A DNA stretch of 39,416 bases from Candidatus Shapirobacteria bacterium (GCA_026395315.1 JAPLYY010000069.1:1-39416); one strand, 5' to 3'. Positions 8,705 to 16,249 are shown, counted from the first letter of the stretch. Notes: generated from the letters alone by a model not told the origin. A program made the numbers and translations.

Positions 8705-8744
8705 CCCCTTGCCCTGTCAAGGGAAAGGGTTAGGGATAGGGTTT
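8705..8744 (+). repeat. Family A element, G-tract-tail subtype.
   Basis: Sequence ccccttgccctgtcaagggaaagggttagggatagggttt. It forms a reverse-forward pair with 8640-8685 and ends 5 nt from the stop of 8750..9844. Confidence 0.9.
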
Positions 8745-8749
8745 AAATT

Positions 8750-9844
8750 TTACTTTAGCATTGTCAACGGATTGATTGGGCCACCATTCAATTTGATTTC
8801 AAAATGGCAGTGCGTTCCCGTCGACCTTCCAGTTGATCCCATCGTTCCCAGCCTCTGTCCCTGTGTTACTCTATCACCCGCCTTAACGATAATCGAGTTG
8901 TTCAACATGTGCCCGTACAACGTTTGATAGCCGTTGCCATGATCAATAATAACGTAGTTTCCATACCCGCCGCCGTTCCATCCGGCCGTGATCACTGTCC
9001 CCGTTGCCGCCGCCACAATCGGCGGATTATCATGGTTGGCAATGTCAATCGCCGGATGATACCACGAGAATCTTTGAGTAATTGTTCCCGCTGTCGGCCA
9101 CATAAAGTTGCCCTCGCCCACTACCCCCGGAATCGGTGCTACCGTTCTGGTCGCTAGTTTCTGAGTATCAATCGTTATTTCATTCGGTTTAATACCGTCT
9201 GGGACAATCAATTCCTGTCCGGCAATCAGTGAAAAAGTCTCGTCGTTCGAAAATGTATTAAACGGATAATCAATAATTGTCTGTGAATCCGCCTGCAGCT
9301 TTTTGGCAATCGAATAAATCGTTTCTCCCCGGGACACCTGGTATCGTACTCCCGTCACCGGCAAAATTCTTAAAATTTGCTGTGGTTTAATCGCATCCAC
9401 TGACTTTAAATTATTTTCCCAAATTATGGTATCAATGCTTACTCCAAACTTCACCGCAATCCCCGACACCGTATCCCCGTCCTGCACCCGATACTCGGTA
9501 ATCTCCCCCTTGGGTAAATTAGAAATTAATGTCTCCGCTCCGGTCTGGTTATTGCTGGCTAATAAATAGCCGCTACCCACCGCCTCACTGCTGATTTTCT
9601 TGTTTATCAGTTCCTCCAACTTTCCCGAGAACACCATCACCCCAAAAAAAATCATCGCCATGGTCACATTAATAAAACTCTGGGAAAACCGCCCCCGCTG
9701 TTGATACATTAGCTTCACCGCTTGGTCTTTTATCACCATCACCCACCCTAAAAATATCTTAGCTATCCCCGCCAAAAACTCCCCCTCCGCTTTTAACCAG
9801 AGTTTTATCAATTCCCCTTCTTTTCTAATGAATTCTTTCATCAA
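8750..9844 (-). CDS. LysM-domain M23 family metallopeptidase (peptidoglycan hydrolase).
   Basis: N-terminal TM segment and two LysM-like repeats (YRVQDGDTVSGIAVKFGV; YQVSRGETIYSIAKKL). The M23 motifs HPAIDIA, GYGNYVIIDHGNGYQTLYGHM and GSTGRSTGTHCHFEI are present. Confidence 0.9.
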   Translation of the reverse strand: MMKEFIRKEGELIKLWLKAEGEFLAGIAKIFLGWVMVIKDQAVKLMYQQRGRFSQSFINVTMAMIFFGVMVFSGKLEELINKKISSEAVGSGYLLASNNQTGAETLISNLPKGEITEYRVQDGDTVSGIAVKFGVSIDTIIWENNLKSVDAIKPQQILRILPVTGVRYQVSRGETIYSIAKKLQADSQTIIDYPFNTFSNDETFSLIAGQELIVPDGIKPNEITIDTQKLATRTVAPIPGVVGEGNFMWPTAGTITQRFSWYHPAIDIANHDNPPIVAAATGTVITAGWNGGGYGNYVIIDHGNGYQTLYGHMLNNSIIVKAGDRVTQGQRLGTMGSTGRSTGTHCHFEIKLNGGPINPLTMLK

Positions 9845-9943
9845 CTCTTATATTTTACTAAAAATTAAGCAATGTTTTTTAGGAGCGCAACCAGTGCGTG
9901 AAAAACACACGTGTGAGCACCGCAAAAAACATTGCGGAAATTT

Positions 9944-11188
9944 TTATTTCTTCCCTACTTTTGCCAAAAATTCAGTATTATCTTTGGTCTTAGCTAATTG
10001 TTCAATAATCCGCTCAGTGGTCCCATTTTTATCACCAATAGCATCAAACATTCTTCGAATGGCAATTATTTTGCCCATCGTCACCTCGTCGAGCAGCAGC
10101 TCTTCGTTTCTGGTCCCCGATTTCAGAATATCAAATGACGGAAATACCCGTCTTTCGGCTAATTCTCTTGTCAGCCACAATTCCATGTTACCGGTTCCTT
10201 TAAATTCTTCAAAAATCAGTTCATCCATTTTCGATCCGGTATCCACCAGTGCCGTCCCGATAATTGTCAGCGATCCCCCGCCCTCAATCTTTCTGGCTGC
10301 CCCAAAAAATTTCTTTGACGGATACAACGCCGCCGGATCAAAACCACCCGACAGGGTTCTTCCCGAGGTCGGAATTGCCAAATTGTAAGCTCTGGCCAAT
10401 CTGGTAATTGAGTCAAATACCATAAATACATCCTTGCCCATTTCTACCAATCTCTTGGCTCTTTCAATCGCTACTTCTGCCGCTCTGGTTTGTTCTTCCG
10501 GTTTCTGATCAAAATGTGACGCAATTACTTCACCCTTAATAAACCTTTGCATGTCGGTCACCTCTTCCGGCCGCTCGCCCACAAACACCGCCATTAAATG
10601 TACCTCCGGATGATTCGCCGCCACTCCGGCCGCTATTTCTTTCAATAAAGTAGTTTTTCCGGCTTTTGGCGGGGACGCCACCATCCCTCTTTGACCATAA
10701 CCAATCGGGCAAAACAAATCAATTATTCTGGTTGAAAAAATTTTCGGATCAGTTTCCAGTTTTAATTGTTTTATTGGATATATTGGTACCAAATCTTTGA
10801 AATCCGGCCGGTTTAACGCCGCTGACACTTCGGCATCATTTACTTTATCTATTCGTACCAGCCCCCAATATTTCTCATTGTCCTTTGGCGCTTTAGCTAC
10901 TCCCACTACCAAATCCCCGGCTCTTAACCCGTAGCGTCTCATTTGCATTTGGCCGATGACCGCATCTTTACCGTTGGGTAAAAACTTTGGCCTGACAAAG
11001 CCCGACCCTTCCGGAGTTACATCCAAAATCCCTGATATCGGCTCCAATATCTCCGCTTTAACTGGTGGCGGAGTATAAACCGGTCTGGCTGGCCCTGAGC
11101 TTGTCGAAGGTGGAGTGAACGCTACCCTATTAACCGCTGCTACCGGCACTATTACCGCCGGAGCTACTGGCGTGATCTTTTTCAACAT
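9944..11188 (-). CDS. rho: Transcription termination factor Rho.
   Basis: The core is typical of Rho over its full length (GQRGMVASPPKAGKTTLLKEIA, RPEEVTDM, SITRLARAYN, ALVDTGSKMDE, ELWLTRELAERRVFPS). Confidence 0.95.
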   Translation of the reverse strand: MLKKITPVAPAVIVPVAAVNRVAFTPPSTSSGPARPVYTPPPVKAEILEPISGILDVTPEGSGFVRPKFLPNGKDAVIGQMQMRRYGLRAGDLVVGVAKAPKDNEKYWGLVRIDKVNDAEVSAALNRPDFKDLVPIYPIKQLKLETDPKIFSTRIIDLFCPIGYGQRGMVASPPKAGKTTLLKEIAAGVAANHPEVHLMAVFVGERPEEVTDMQRFIKGEVIASHFDQKPEEQTRAAEVAIERAKRLVEMGKDVFMVFDSITRLARAYNLAIPTSGRTLSGGFDPAALYPSKKFFGAARKIEGGGSLTIIGTALVDTGSKMDELIFEEFKGTGNMELWLTRELAERRVFPSFDILKSGTRNEELLLDEVTMGKIIAIRRMFDAIGDKNGTTERIIEQLAKTKDNTEFLAKVGKK

Positions 11189-11290
11189 AAAATGGAAATA
11201 AATAAATAGGAAACTATAAAAAACATATGGAAAAACCCATGTATTACGAACAAATCTCTTCAGGGAATGACCTATTGTACCAAATACCCA

Positions 11291-11578
11291 TTATTTGTCA
11301 AATCCTACATTTTCTCTCTTTACTTGGTCAGCCAAAAAAATTTTAAGTAACGATTGGTAAGGCACATCTTTCTTATTTGCCAACATCTTCAAATCATATA
11401 TCAAAGTGGTTGGAAGTCTAACAGTAATTGGTTTGGTAGATAATTTCAAATCAGAAAAGTCAAACTTAACTTCATGCGACATATCAAAGTACTCAGTGGT
11501 ATCGTGAGTCGCCCAAAACTCTCTCTCTTCATCTTCATTCTTAAATTTTGGTATTGGTTTTATTTTATTTTGCTTCAT
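11291..11578 (-). CDS. brnA: BrnA-type antitoxin.
   Basis: 95 aa with EEREFWATHDTTEYFD and a CopG-like C-terminus (ITVRLPTTLIYDLKMLANKKDVPYQSLLKIFL). It overlaps the upstream brnT by 14 nt. Confidence 0.85.
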   Translation of the reverse strand: MKQNKIKPIPKFKNEDEEREFWATHDTTEYFDMSHEVKFDFSDLKLSTKPITVRLPTTLIYDLKMLANKKDVPYQSLLKIFLADQVKRENVGFDK

Positions 11579-11864
11579 ATTTTATTCTCTCCTTTTTATT
11601 TTGATCTCGAGCAGAGATTACTCTAATTAATAACTGTCTATAGGTAAAAACTATTGTCAGTTTTCTGTGATTATTTGTTTCTCCATAAGCAGTCATTCTT
11701 TCTTCTTTTTCAGAATGCTCGATGTCTTCAAACATCTTTGGTTTATTAACGAACACCTGTTCACACTCGTCTTGTGTTACTCGATGTTTTTCCCAATTTT
11801 TTAAATTATTACCTTCGTTCCAGTCAAACGCAATTGGTTTACGAGGTAATGTCACTTTTGTCAC
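11565..11864 (-). CDS. brnT: BrnT-type toxin.
   Basis: 99 aa with a GTG start. Contains FDWNEGNNLKNWEKHRVTQDECEQVF and ISARDQNKKERIKYE, typical of the BrnT family. Confidence 0.85.
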   Translation of the reverse strand: MTKVTLPRKPIAFDWNEGNNLKNWEKHRVTQDECEQVFVNKPKMFEDIEHSEKEERMTAYGETNNHRKLTIVFTYRQLLIRVISARDQNKKERIKYEAK

Positions 11865-11872
11865 TGTACATG

Positions 11873-11901
11873 ATCATACAATACAAAGTTTTATTTGTCA
11901 A
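11873..11901 (-). promoter_or_regulatory. Sigma70-type promoter for brnTA.
   Basis: On the minus strand, TTGACA, a 17-nt spacer, then TATGAT. The -10 box ends 8 nt before the GTG start. Confidence 0.6.
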
Positions 11902-11907
11902 TCAGTT

Positions 11908-11976
11908 GCCTGCCCTGTCAAGTCGAAGATCCGCCGTGGAGGAGGAAGGTGTCGGCCGCGGCCGACGGAAGGGTTT
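11908..11976 (+). repeat. Family B element (long variant of family A).
   Basis: Sequence gcctgccctgtcaagtcgaagatccgccgtggaggaggaaggt-GTCGGCCGCGGCCGAC-ggaagggttt. It is about 90% identical to 22913-22976 outside the variable hairpin. Confidence 0.85.
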
Positions 11977-12003
11977 AATCTTTGCAGTTAAAAGCGGCAG
12001 ATT

Positions 12004-12059
12004 TACCCGCCTGTGGCGGGCCTGCCTCTTTTACCCGCCGTAGCCTTGGCGAAGGTGGG
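12004..12059 (+). repeat. Degenerate A-like element with a CCGCC-TGT-GGCGG hairpin.
   Basis: Sequence tacccgcctgtggcgggcctgcctcttttacccgccgtagccttggcgaaggtggg. It resembles 22257-22298. Confidence 0.5.
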
Positions 12060-12069
12060 CTCTATTGTT

Positions 12070-12303
12070 TCAACAGATGAAAGCAATGGACCTGCCTCCT
12101 CCATTGCTCTCATCTCCGGATACAAACATTTGGCGGCATTTACCGCGCTTGATTTTTTGTCTCCCAATCTGTATCGTTAACAGTGAAGAAACAACCATAA
12201 ACGTGTTCCACCTGCTTTTGCGAATATCGTTATAGTTGTTTCTTTTTTGTTTCTTTGCGTAAATTTTCAAGCCGTCAGGCGATGAAAATTTGCTCAAAGA
12301 CAC
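12070..12303 (-). CDS. Hypothetical small basic protein (doubtful).
   Basis: 77-aa ORF with a GTG start and no recognisable motif. It lies in a repeat-rich, gene-poor stretch. Confidence 0.2.
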   Translation of the reverse strand: MSLSKFSSPDGLKIYAKKQKRNNYNDIRKSRWNTFMVVSSLLTIQIGRQKIKRGKCRQMFVSGDESNGGGRSIAFIC

Positions 12304-12334
12304 AATCCGCCTTTGGCGGATAAGTTCCTTTTCT

Positions 12335-12529
12335 TTACATCAAAATAATTTTTGCCCTCAACTTCCCCATTTCCTTCAACTGCTTTAATCCCCATTCATC
12401 CACCGATTTCTTTCCAAAAACTTTTTTAATCTTCTTCCACATCTTCTTGAGCATTAATTTACTATAACATCGTTTCACCTCTTGTCTATAACCTATAAAA
12501 ATTATCTTACCGATTTTCACTATACCCAT
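12335..12529 (-). CDS. Hypothetical small Lys-rich protein (doubtful).
   Basis: 64-aa ORF with an A/T-rich -10-like sequence just upstream. It is followed by the ATCCGCC-AAA-GGCGGAT hairpin (12305-12321). Confidence 0.25.
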   Translation of the reverse strand: MGIVKIGKIIFIGYRQEVKRCYSKLMLKKMWKKIKKVFGKKSVDEWGLKQLKEMGKLRAKIILM

Positions 12530-12619
12530 AATATTTTATTTATACAAATCAGGTTCGTTTTCGCCTCAAAATACTCTCCCGCCACTCACTGTGGATAACT
12601 TGTGAATTTCTCAATACGA

Positions 12620-12662
12620 GGCTCCCCTGTCAAGGGGAGCTGGCCGTAGGCCTGAGGGGTTT
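12620..12662 (+). repeat. Family A element, variable-hairpin subtype.
   Basis: Sequence ggctcccctgtcaaggggagctggccgtaggcctgaggggttt. It is 43/43 identical to 23666-23708 and lies 5 nt beyond the radA stop. Confidence 0.9.
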
Positions 12663-12667
12663 GTTCC

Positions 12668-14044
12668 CTACTTTAATTCTCTTATACTTTTCATCTCTAT
12701 CATCTCTCTTCCCATCCCTTTCACCTCTTTTTCTCTCTTTTCCATTCCCCTCACTTTTTTCACTTCGCCAAGTAACGACACTTCTCCAACAAAAACCAAT
12801 CCTTTATTTTGTTTTAAGGCTCCCCTGTCAAGGGGAGTCCCGACAAATGTCGGGAAGGGGTTTGAGCTAAGTGGTTTATCTTTATAACTACTCCACATCG
12901 CCGCCACTACTGCCAGATCACACCCCGTATCATCTAGTCTAATCCCTCCCGTTACTGATACAAAAACATCATCTTTGTACAGTGGAATTCCCAGCACTTT
13001 TTGGGCCACCGCCACCAACAGTTGCCCCCGGTTATAATCAATTCCTGAAAACACCCGTTTTGGTACCGGTGCAAAACTTTCAGTTACCAGCGCTTGAATT
13101 TCCACCATCATCGGTCGGGTCCCTTCCATAGTTACAGTTAAAGCCGAACCAATTTTATTCATCGAGTTCGACTCGACCAAATTTATCTCTTCCGACTTTA
13201 TCTCTCTCAATCCCCCTTCCTCCATTTTAAACACCCCTACTTCGTCCGTCGGCCCAAACCGGTTTTTGTCCACCCGCAAAATTCTCAAATCCGAATTCCG
13301 GTCACCTTCAAAATACAATACCGTGTCCACCATGTGCTCCAGCATTTTTGGTCCGGCTATCTCCCCTTCCTTGGTTACGTGTCCCACAATAAAAATAGCG
13401 ATATTTTTTTTCTTGGCCAATTGGACCAGACGAAAAGTTGCCTCCCTAATTTGGTTCACACTCCCTAGTGCTCCGGAGCCTTCGGCGTAGGACACCATTG
13501 TCTGGATACTGTCCACCACCGCTATTTTGTATACATTTTGTGTTCGTTCTAAAAACTCCTCAATATCCTCAATTGAGTTCGTTTCTAATATGTCGAATTT
13601 GTCCGCCGATAACTTCAGTCTGCTGACTCTCATCCCAATTTGTTCGGCACTTTCCTCTCCTGCCACATACAGTCCTCCCACTTTACCCATTAGTTGGGTT
13701 AATAGTGTACTTTTCCCAATTCCCGGTTCACCTCCAAACAGGACCACCGACCCCAGAACAATTCCTTTACCCAATACTCTATCAAACTCCCCTATTTCCG
13801 ACGTAAACACATTACTAATTGTATGGACAGATCCCTGTATCTGCCCCTCCATTTTCCCTAAGTTTTTTATCGTAGGGGCGCTGCTTGCCTGCGCCCTGTT
13901 TCTCATTTTAGAATTTAGAGTTTTTATATTTCGGATTTCTTTTAATGAGTTCCATTCCCCACACGCATTACACTGCCCCGCCCACTTGGCAAATTCATTG
14001 CCGCAATTACTGCACACAAACACCGTTTCCGCCATTTTCCTCAT
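12668..14044 (-). CDS. radA: DNA repair protein RadA/Sms, carrying two in-frame repeat insertions.
   Basis: Contains the zinc finger CSNCGNEFAKWAGQCNACGEW, Walker A GGEPGIGKSTLL, the KNRFG motif and a Lon-like C-terminal domain. Confidence 0.95.
   Translation of the reverse strand: MRKMAETVFVCSNCGNEFAKWAGQCNACGEWNSLKEIRNIKTLNSKMRNRAQASSAPTIKNLGKMEGQIQGSVHTISNVFTSEIGEFDRVLGKGIVLGSVVLFGGEPGIGKSTLLTQLMGKVGGLYVAGEESAEQIGMRVSRLKLSADKFDILETNSIEDIEEFLERTQNVYKIAVVDSIQTMVSYAEGSGALGSVNQIREATFRLVQLAKKKNIAIFIVGHVTKEGEIAGPKMLEHMVDTVLYFEGDRNSDLRILRVDKNRFGPTDEVGVFKMEEGGLREIKSEEINLVESNSMNKIGSALTVTMEGTRPMMVEIQALVTESFAPVPKRVFSGIDYNRGQLLVAVAQKVLGIPLYKDDVFVSVTGGIRLDDTGCDLAVVAAMWSSYKDKPLSSNPFPTFVGTPLDRGALKQNKGLVFVGEVSLLGEVKKVRGMEKREKEVKGMGREMIEMKSIRELK
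12818..12863 (+). repeat. Family A element inside the radA CDS.
   Basis: Sequence ggctcccctgtcaaggggag-TCCCGACaaatGTCGGGA-aggggttt. It is read as NPFPTFVGTPLDRGAL in radA. Confidence 0.9.
13820..13851 (+). repeat. Family C palindromic element inside the radA CDS.
   Basis: Sequence tgtatGGACAGATccctgtATCTGCCCctcca. It is read as MEGQIQGSVHT in radA. Confidence 0.8.
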
Positions 14045-14064
14045 GTCCTATTTTCCTTTTTAAA

Positions 14065-14117
14065 GTCTCCCTTGTCAAAGGGAGATTTAGAGGGATTGAG
14101 GGGTTAAGGGTAGATTT
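14065..14117 (+). repeat. Family A element, G-tract-tail subtype.
   Basis: Sequence gTCTCCCTTgtcaAAGGGAGAtttagagggattgaggggttaagggtagattt. It lies just upstream of the radA start. Confidence 0.8.
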
Positions 14118-14175
14118 AGATGCGATTTCGTTCGTTCTAGCGCCTCTGGTGAAGCCACCACCAAAAACCCATTTT

Positions 14176-14214
14176 CCCCTTGCCCTGTCAAGGGAAAGGG
14201 TAGGGTTAGGGTTT
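14176..14214 (+). repeat. Family A element, G-tract-tail subtype.
   Basis: Sequence ccccttgccctgtcaagggaaagggtagggttagggttt. It ends 3 nt from the rpsA stop codon. Confidence 0.9.
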
Positions 14215-14217
14215 GTT

Positions 14218-15333
14218 TTATTTATAAATCACCTTCGCTTTGTCCGTTTCCACCAACCCCAAAGAAATTTTTCTCTTAGCTACATCAATTGATTCAATGT
14301 AAACCGCCAGTTTATCCCCTTCTTTAAAATTAGCTCCCCCGCCCAGTTTGGAGATATGAACCAGTCCTTCCACTCCCGGTTCCAGTCTGACCAAAGCACC
14401 ATACGAGGCAATTTTGGTGACTACTCCGTCGCACTCTTTTTCTTTTGGATATTTCTCTTCAATCTTCAGCCACGGATCATCCGTCATTCTCTTGATCGAA
14501 AATTGCAGTCTGCCGTCAGTTTTATTGATTAATTTAACATTAATCTTGTCTTTCGACTTAAACATATGAGTTACATCTTCCACTTTTTCCCAGGAAATTT
14601 CCGAAATATGCACCAACCCTTCCAAGTTTAGTTTCAACTCTTTTTTCTCTAAAATTATTTTGACAAATACCCCAAAAGGTTCGACACGGACTACTTCCGC
14701 TTCAAATTTATCATCCAGCTTTAATGCTTCCATGGCATCAGTTTCCTCACCCACTTTATTTGGTTCGGACACCAATCTTTCCGAAAATACCAATCTATTT
14801 TTCGCCTGATCCACTTCCAGCACCTTGACTTTAACTTTTTTACCCACCATCTTGTCCGGATCGCCGTCATATTTACTGCCAATTTGTGACCCCGGAATAA
14901 AGCCGTAAAACCCAAACGGGGCAATTACCACTGCTCCGCCCCGGTTCAATTCTTTGCCAAACACCGTCACTTCTCCGCCGTTCTTTTCTTTTTCTGAGAA
15001 ATAATTCCAGCCATAACCCGAAGCCGCCCCCCGGATCGACACTAATATTTGACCTTTATCATTTTCCGGTTGTTTTACTTGAACCTCAATTTCGTCACCC
15101 GGCTTCAAATCCGACACATAATCTTTCACAAATTCAAATTCTTTACCCATTACCATCGCGTCAGTTTTCCCGCCAATGTCGATAAAAATTGCCTTACTTT
15201 TTATCGCCGTGATTTTTCCCTTAATTTCCTGCCCTTTTTTCAATCCGAGAACCTCTACCCCCTCCTGTTTTAACAAATCCTCCATCGTCAACACTTCAGA
15301 TTTCTTGTTAGTTTTTTTAGATTTTTTTGCCAT
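14218..15333 (-). CDS. rpsA: 30S ribosomal protein S1-like protein with four S1 RNA-binding domains.
   Basis: 371 aa with four S1/OB repeats (for example GQEIKGKITAIKSKAIFIDIGG and CDGVVTKIASYGALVRLEPGVEGLVHISKL). Confidence 0.85.
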   Translation of the reverse strand: MAKKSKKTNKKSEVLTMEDLLKQEGVEVLGLKKGQEIKGKITAIKSKAIFIDIGGKTDAMVMGKEFEFVKDYVSDLKPGDEIEVQVKQPENDKGQILVSIRGAASGYGWNYFSEKEKNGGEVTVFGKELNRGGAVVIAPFGFYGFIPGSQIGSKYDGDPDKMVGKKVKVKVLEVDQAKNRLVFSERLVSEPNKVGEETDAMEALKLDDKFEAEVVRVEPFGVFVKIILEKKELKLNLEGLVHISEISWEKVEDVTHMFKSKDKINVKLINKTDGRLQFSIKRMTDDPWLKIEEKYPKEKECDGVVTKIASYGALVRLEPGVEGLVHISKLGGGANFKEGDKLAVYIESIDVAKRKISLGLVETDKAKVIYK

Positions 15334-15343
15334 TTTTTGAAAT

Positions 15344-15365
15344 AAAAAAATCCGCCTAGGCGGAT
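15344..15365 (-). terminator. Intrinsic-terminator-like hairpin plus U-run, ending about 10 nt before the rpsA start codon.
   Basis: The minus strand reads ATCCGCC-TA-GGCGGAT followed by TTTTTTTATTTCAAAAA-ATG. Confidence 0.65.
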
Positions 15366-15433
15366 TATTCGAGGGATTTTGTCTACCCCAAATAAATTAA
15401 TAATCTTAAGCTTGGCTATTATAACACAAAGAA

Positions 15434-15625
15434 TTATGGCCTTCTTCTTCGATCTGCTCTTGCTTTTATCTCTTTTACCAACTCTTCCGTCAACTTGATT
15501 GGCAAGTAAACCATCTCAATCGCCGCTCTAAATGCCGCTTTCTCCATTTCCGTTATCGGGAATAAAACTATAGGTTTTCCGTTATAACCATCGGCTCCAC
15601 TAAATCTTTTTTCTACTTCTGCCAT
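15434..15625 (-). CDS. Hypothetical small protein (63 aa).
   Basis: The start was moved to the ATG at 15625 because the conserved promoter-like module ends exactly there. No known motif. Confidence 0.5.
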   Translation of the reverse strand: MAEVEKRFSGADGYNGKPIVLFPITEMEKAAFRAAIEMVYLPIKLTEELVKEIKARADRRRRP

Positions 15626-15675
15626 ATTAATCACATTTTATCACAAAAAATCCCCACTTACCTCGCCGATCAGGC
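15626..15675 (-). promoter_or_regulatory. Terminator hairpin plus extended -10 module, copy 1.
   Basis: The minus strand reads AATCCC...GGGGATTTTTTGTGATAAAATGTGATTAAT-ATG. It is nearly identical to the copy at 15927-15975. Confidence 0.55.
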
Positions 15676-15689
15676 GGGATTACGGAGGA

Positions 15690-15926
15690 TTATTTTTTTG
15701 TTCTAAATGCACACTTTCCTCTAGCTACAAATAATTCTTGTCTTTCCCGTGCAGTCAGTTCACTGCAACCAGTAACCTCTGGATTCTTTGTTGAAATAAA
15801 AGCGCATCCGCCGCAAAAATTCTTTATCTCACTATCATCCATAAACCTTGGCTCTGGAAGCGCCGGTCTCCCCACTAAAACTGTCTCTTCATTAGGTACT
15901 ATCTTAACAATTATTTCATCAAACAT
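15690..15926 (-). CDS. Hypothetical small Cys-containing protein (78 aa).
   Basis: The start was set at the ATG at 15926, directly after the conserved module. It has 4 Cys (CGGC...C...C) and no known motif. Confidence 0.5.
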   Translation of the reverse strand: MFDEIIVKIVPNEETVLVGRPALPEPRFMDDSEIKNFCGGCAFISTKNPEVTGCSELTARERQELFVARGKCAFRTKK

Positions 15927-15975
15927 ATTAATCAATTTTATCACCAAAAAATCCCCACGAATACTTTCGAAGAGG
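15927..15975 (-). promoter_or_regulatory. Terminator hairpin plus extended -10 module, copy 2. Also the likely terminator of the rRNA operon.
   Basis: The minus strand reads AATCCTC...GGGGATTTTTTGGTGATAAAATTGATTAAT-ATG. Confidence 0.55.
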
Positions 15976-15992
15976 ATTTTATATTTTGTCTT

Positions 15993-16027
15993 GGCCTCCC
16001 TTTTCAAGGGAGGGTAGGGTGGGTTTT
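15993..16027 (+). repeat. Family A element, G-tract-tail subtype with a TTTC loop.
   Basis: Sequence ggCCTCCCTtttcAAGGGAGGgtagggtgggtttt. It lies immediately downstream of the 5S rRNA in the transcript. Confidence 0.8.
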
Positions 16028-16062
16028 GATTTTAATCTGTTGAATTGTTTTGATCCCTCAAT

Positions 16063-16178
16063 TCCGGCCGCGACCTATTTTCAGTCAAGTTTACACGAGA
16101 CCTACCGTCAGCGCTGAAACGTTTCACTTCTCTGTTCGGAATGGGAAAAGGTGGTTCCATCTCGCTCTCACGACCGGA
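16063..16178 (-). rRNA. rrf: 5S ribosomal RNA.
   Basis: The reverse complement contains CCCATTCCGAACAGAGAAGTGAAAC and a closing helix TCCGGTCG/CGCGGCCGGA. An additional 12-bp flanking stem pairs 16051-16062 with 16179-16190. Confidence 0.9.
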
Positions 16179-16249
16179 ATTGAAGGATCAATCGAAAAAT
16201 ATAAATATATTTGAAATTAAAATAACTTTAAAGTCTTAAAAAACTTATT

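Noticed and set aside
12081-12108. A 9-bp hairpin, AGCAATGGA-cctgcctcc-TCCATTGCT.
   Set aside because: It is an isolated copy with no flanking U-run or known motif, and it lies within a doubtful ORF. The evidence is insufficient for an RNA gene call.
12590-12598. A perfect DnaA box (TTATCCACA on the minus strand) in the gene-poor 12.06-12.62 kb region, considered as a possible replication origin.
   Set aside because: It is a single box with no cluster, no adjacent AT-rich unwinding element repeats and no dnaA/dnaN nearby. It is compatible with chance.
12620-12662. Could family A be a small self-cleaving ribozyme (CUGA...GA resembles part of a hammerhead core) or an intron removed from mRNA?
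   Set aside because: I could not fit the complete conserved cores of hammerhead, twister, pistol or hatchet ribozymes, and there is no CUGAUGA...GAAA arrangement. The in-frame, stop-free nature of the coding copies is more simply explained by translation of the insert. The question remains open for experimental test.
12661-12870. 69-aa plus-strand ORF, and similar short ORFs at 8709..8927, 11774..12043, 22847..23041, 24136..24374 and 24589..24849.
   Set aside because: They are created by reading through family A/B/C repeat copies (APLSRGAG and PCQGE-type peptides) and overlap better-supported minus-strand genes.
7974-14063. Long antisense ORFs opposite well-supported genes (7974..8579, 9828..10388, 13527..14063, 13945..14292).
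   Set aside because: Each lies opposite a gene with clear family motifs (Wzy-like, rho, radA) and has low-complexity products, so they are shadow ORFs.
6491-14214. TTAGGG/GGGTTA units, considered as possible telomere repeats of a linear replicon.
   Set aside because: Only 1-2 units occur per site, always as part of the family A tail and at internal positions, so they are not terminal arrays.
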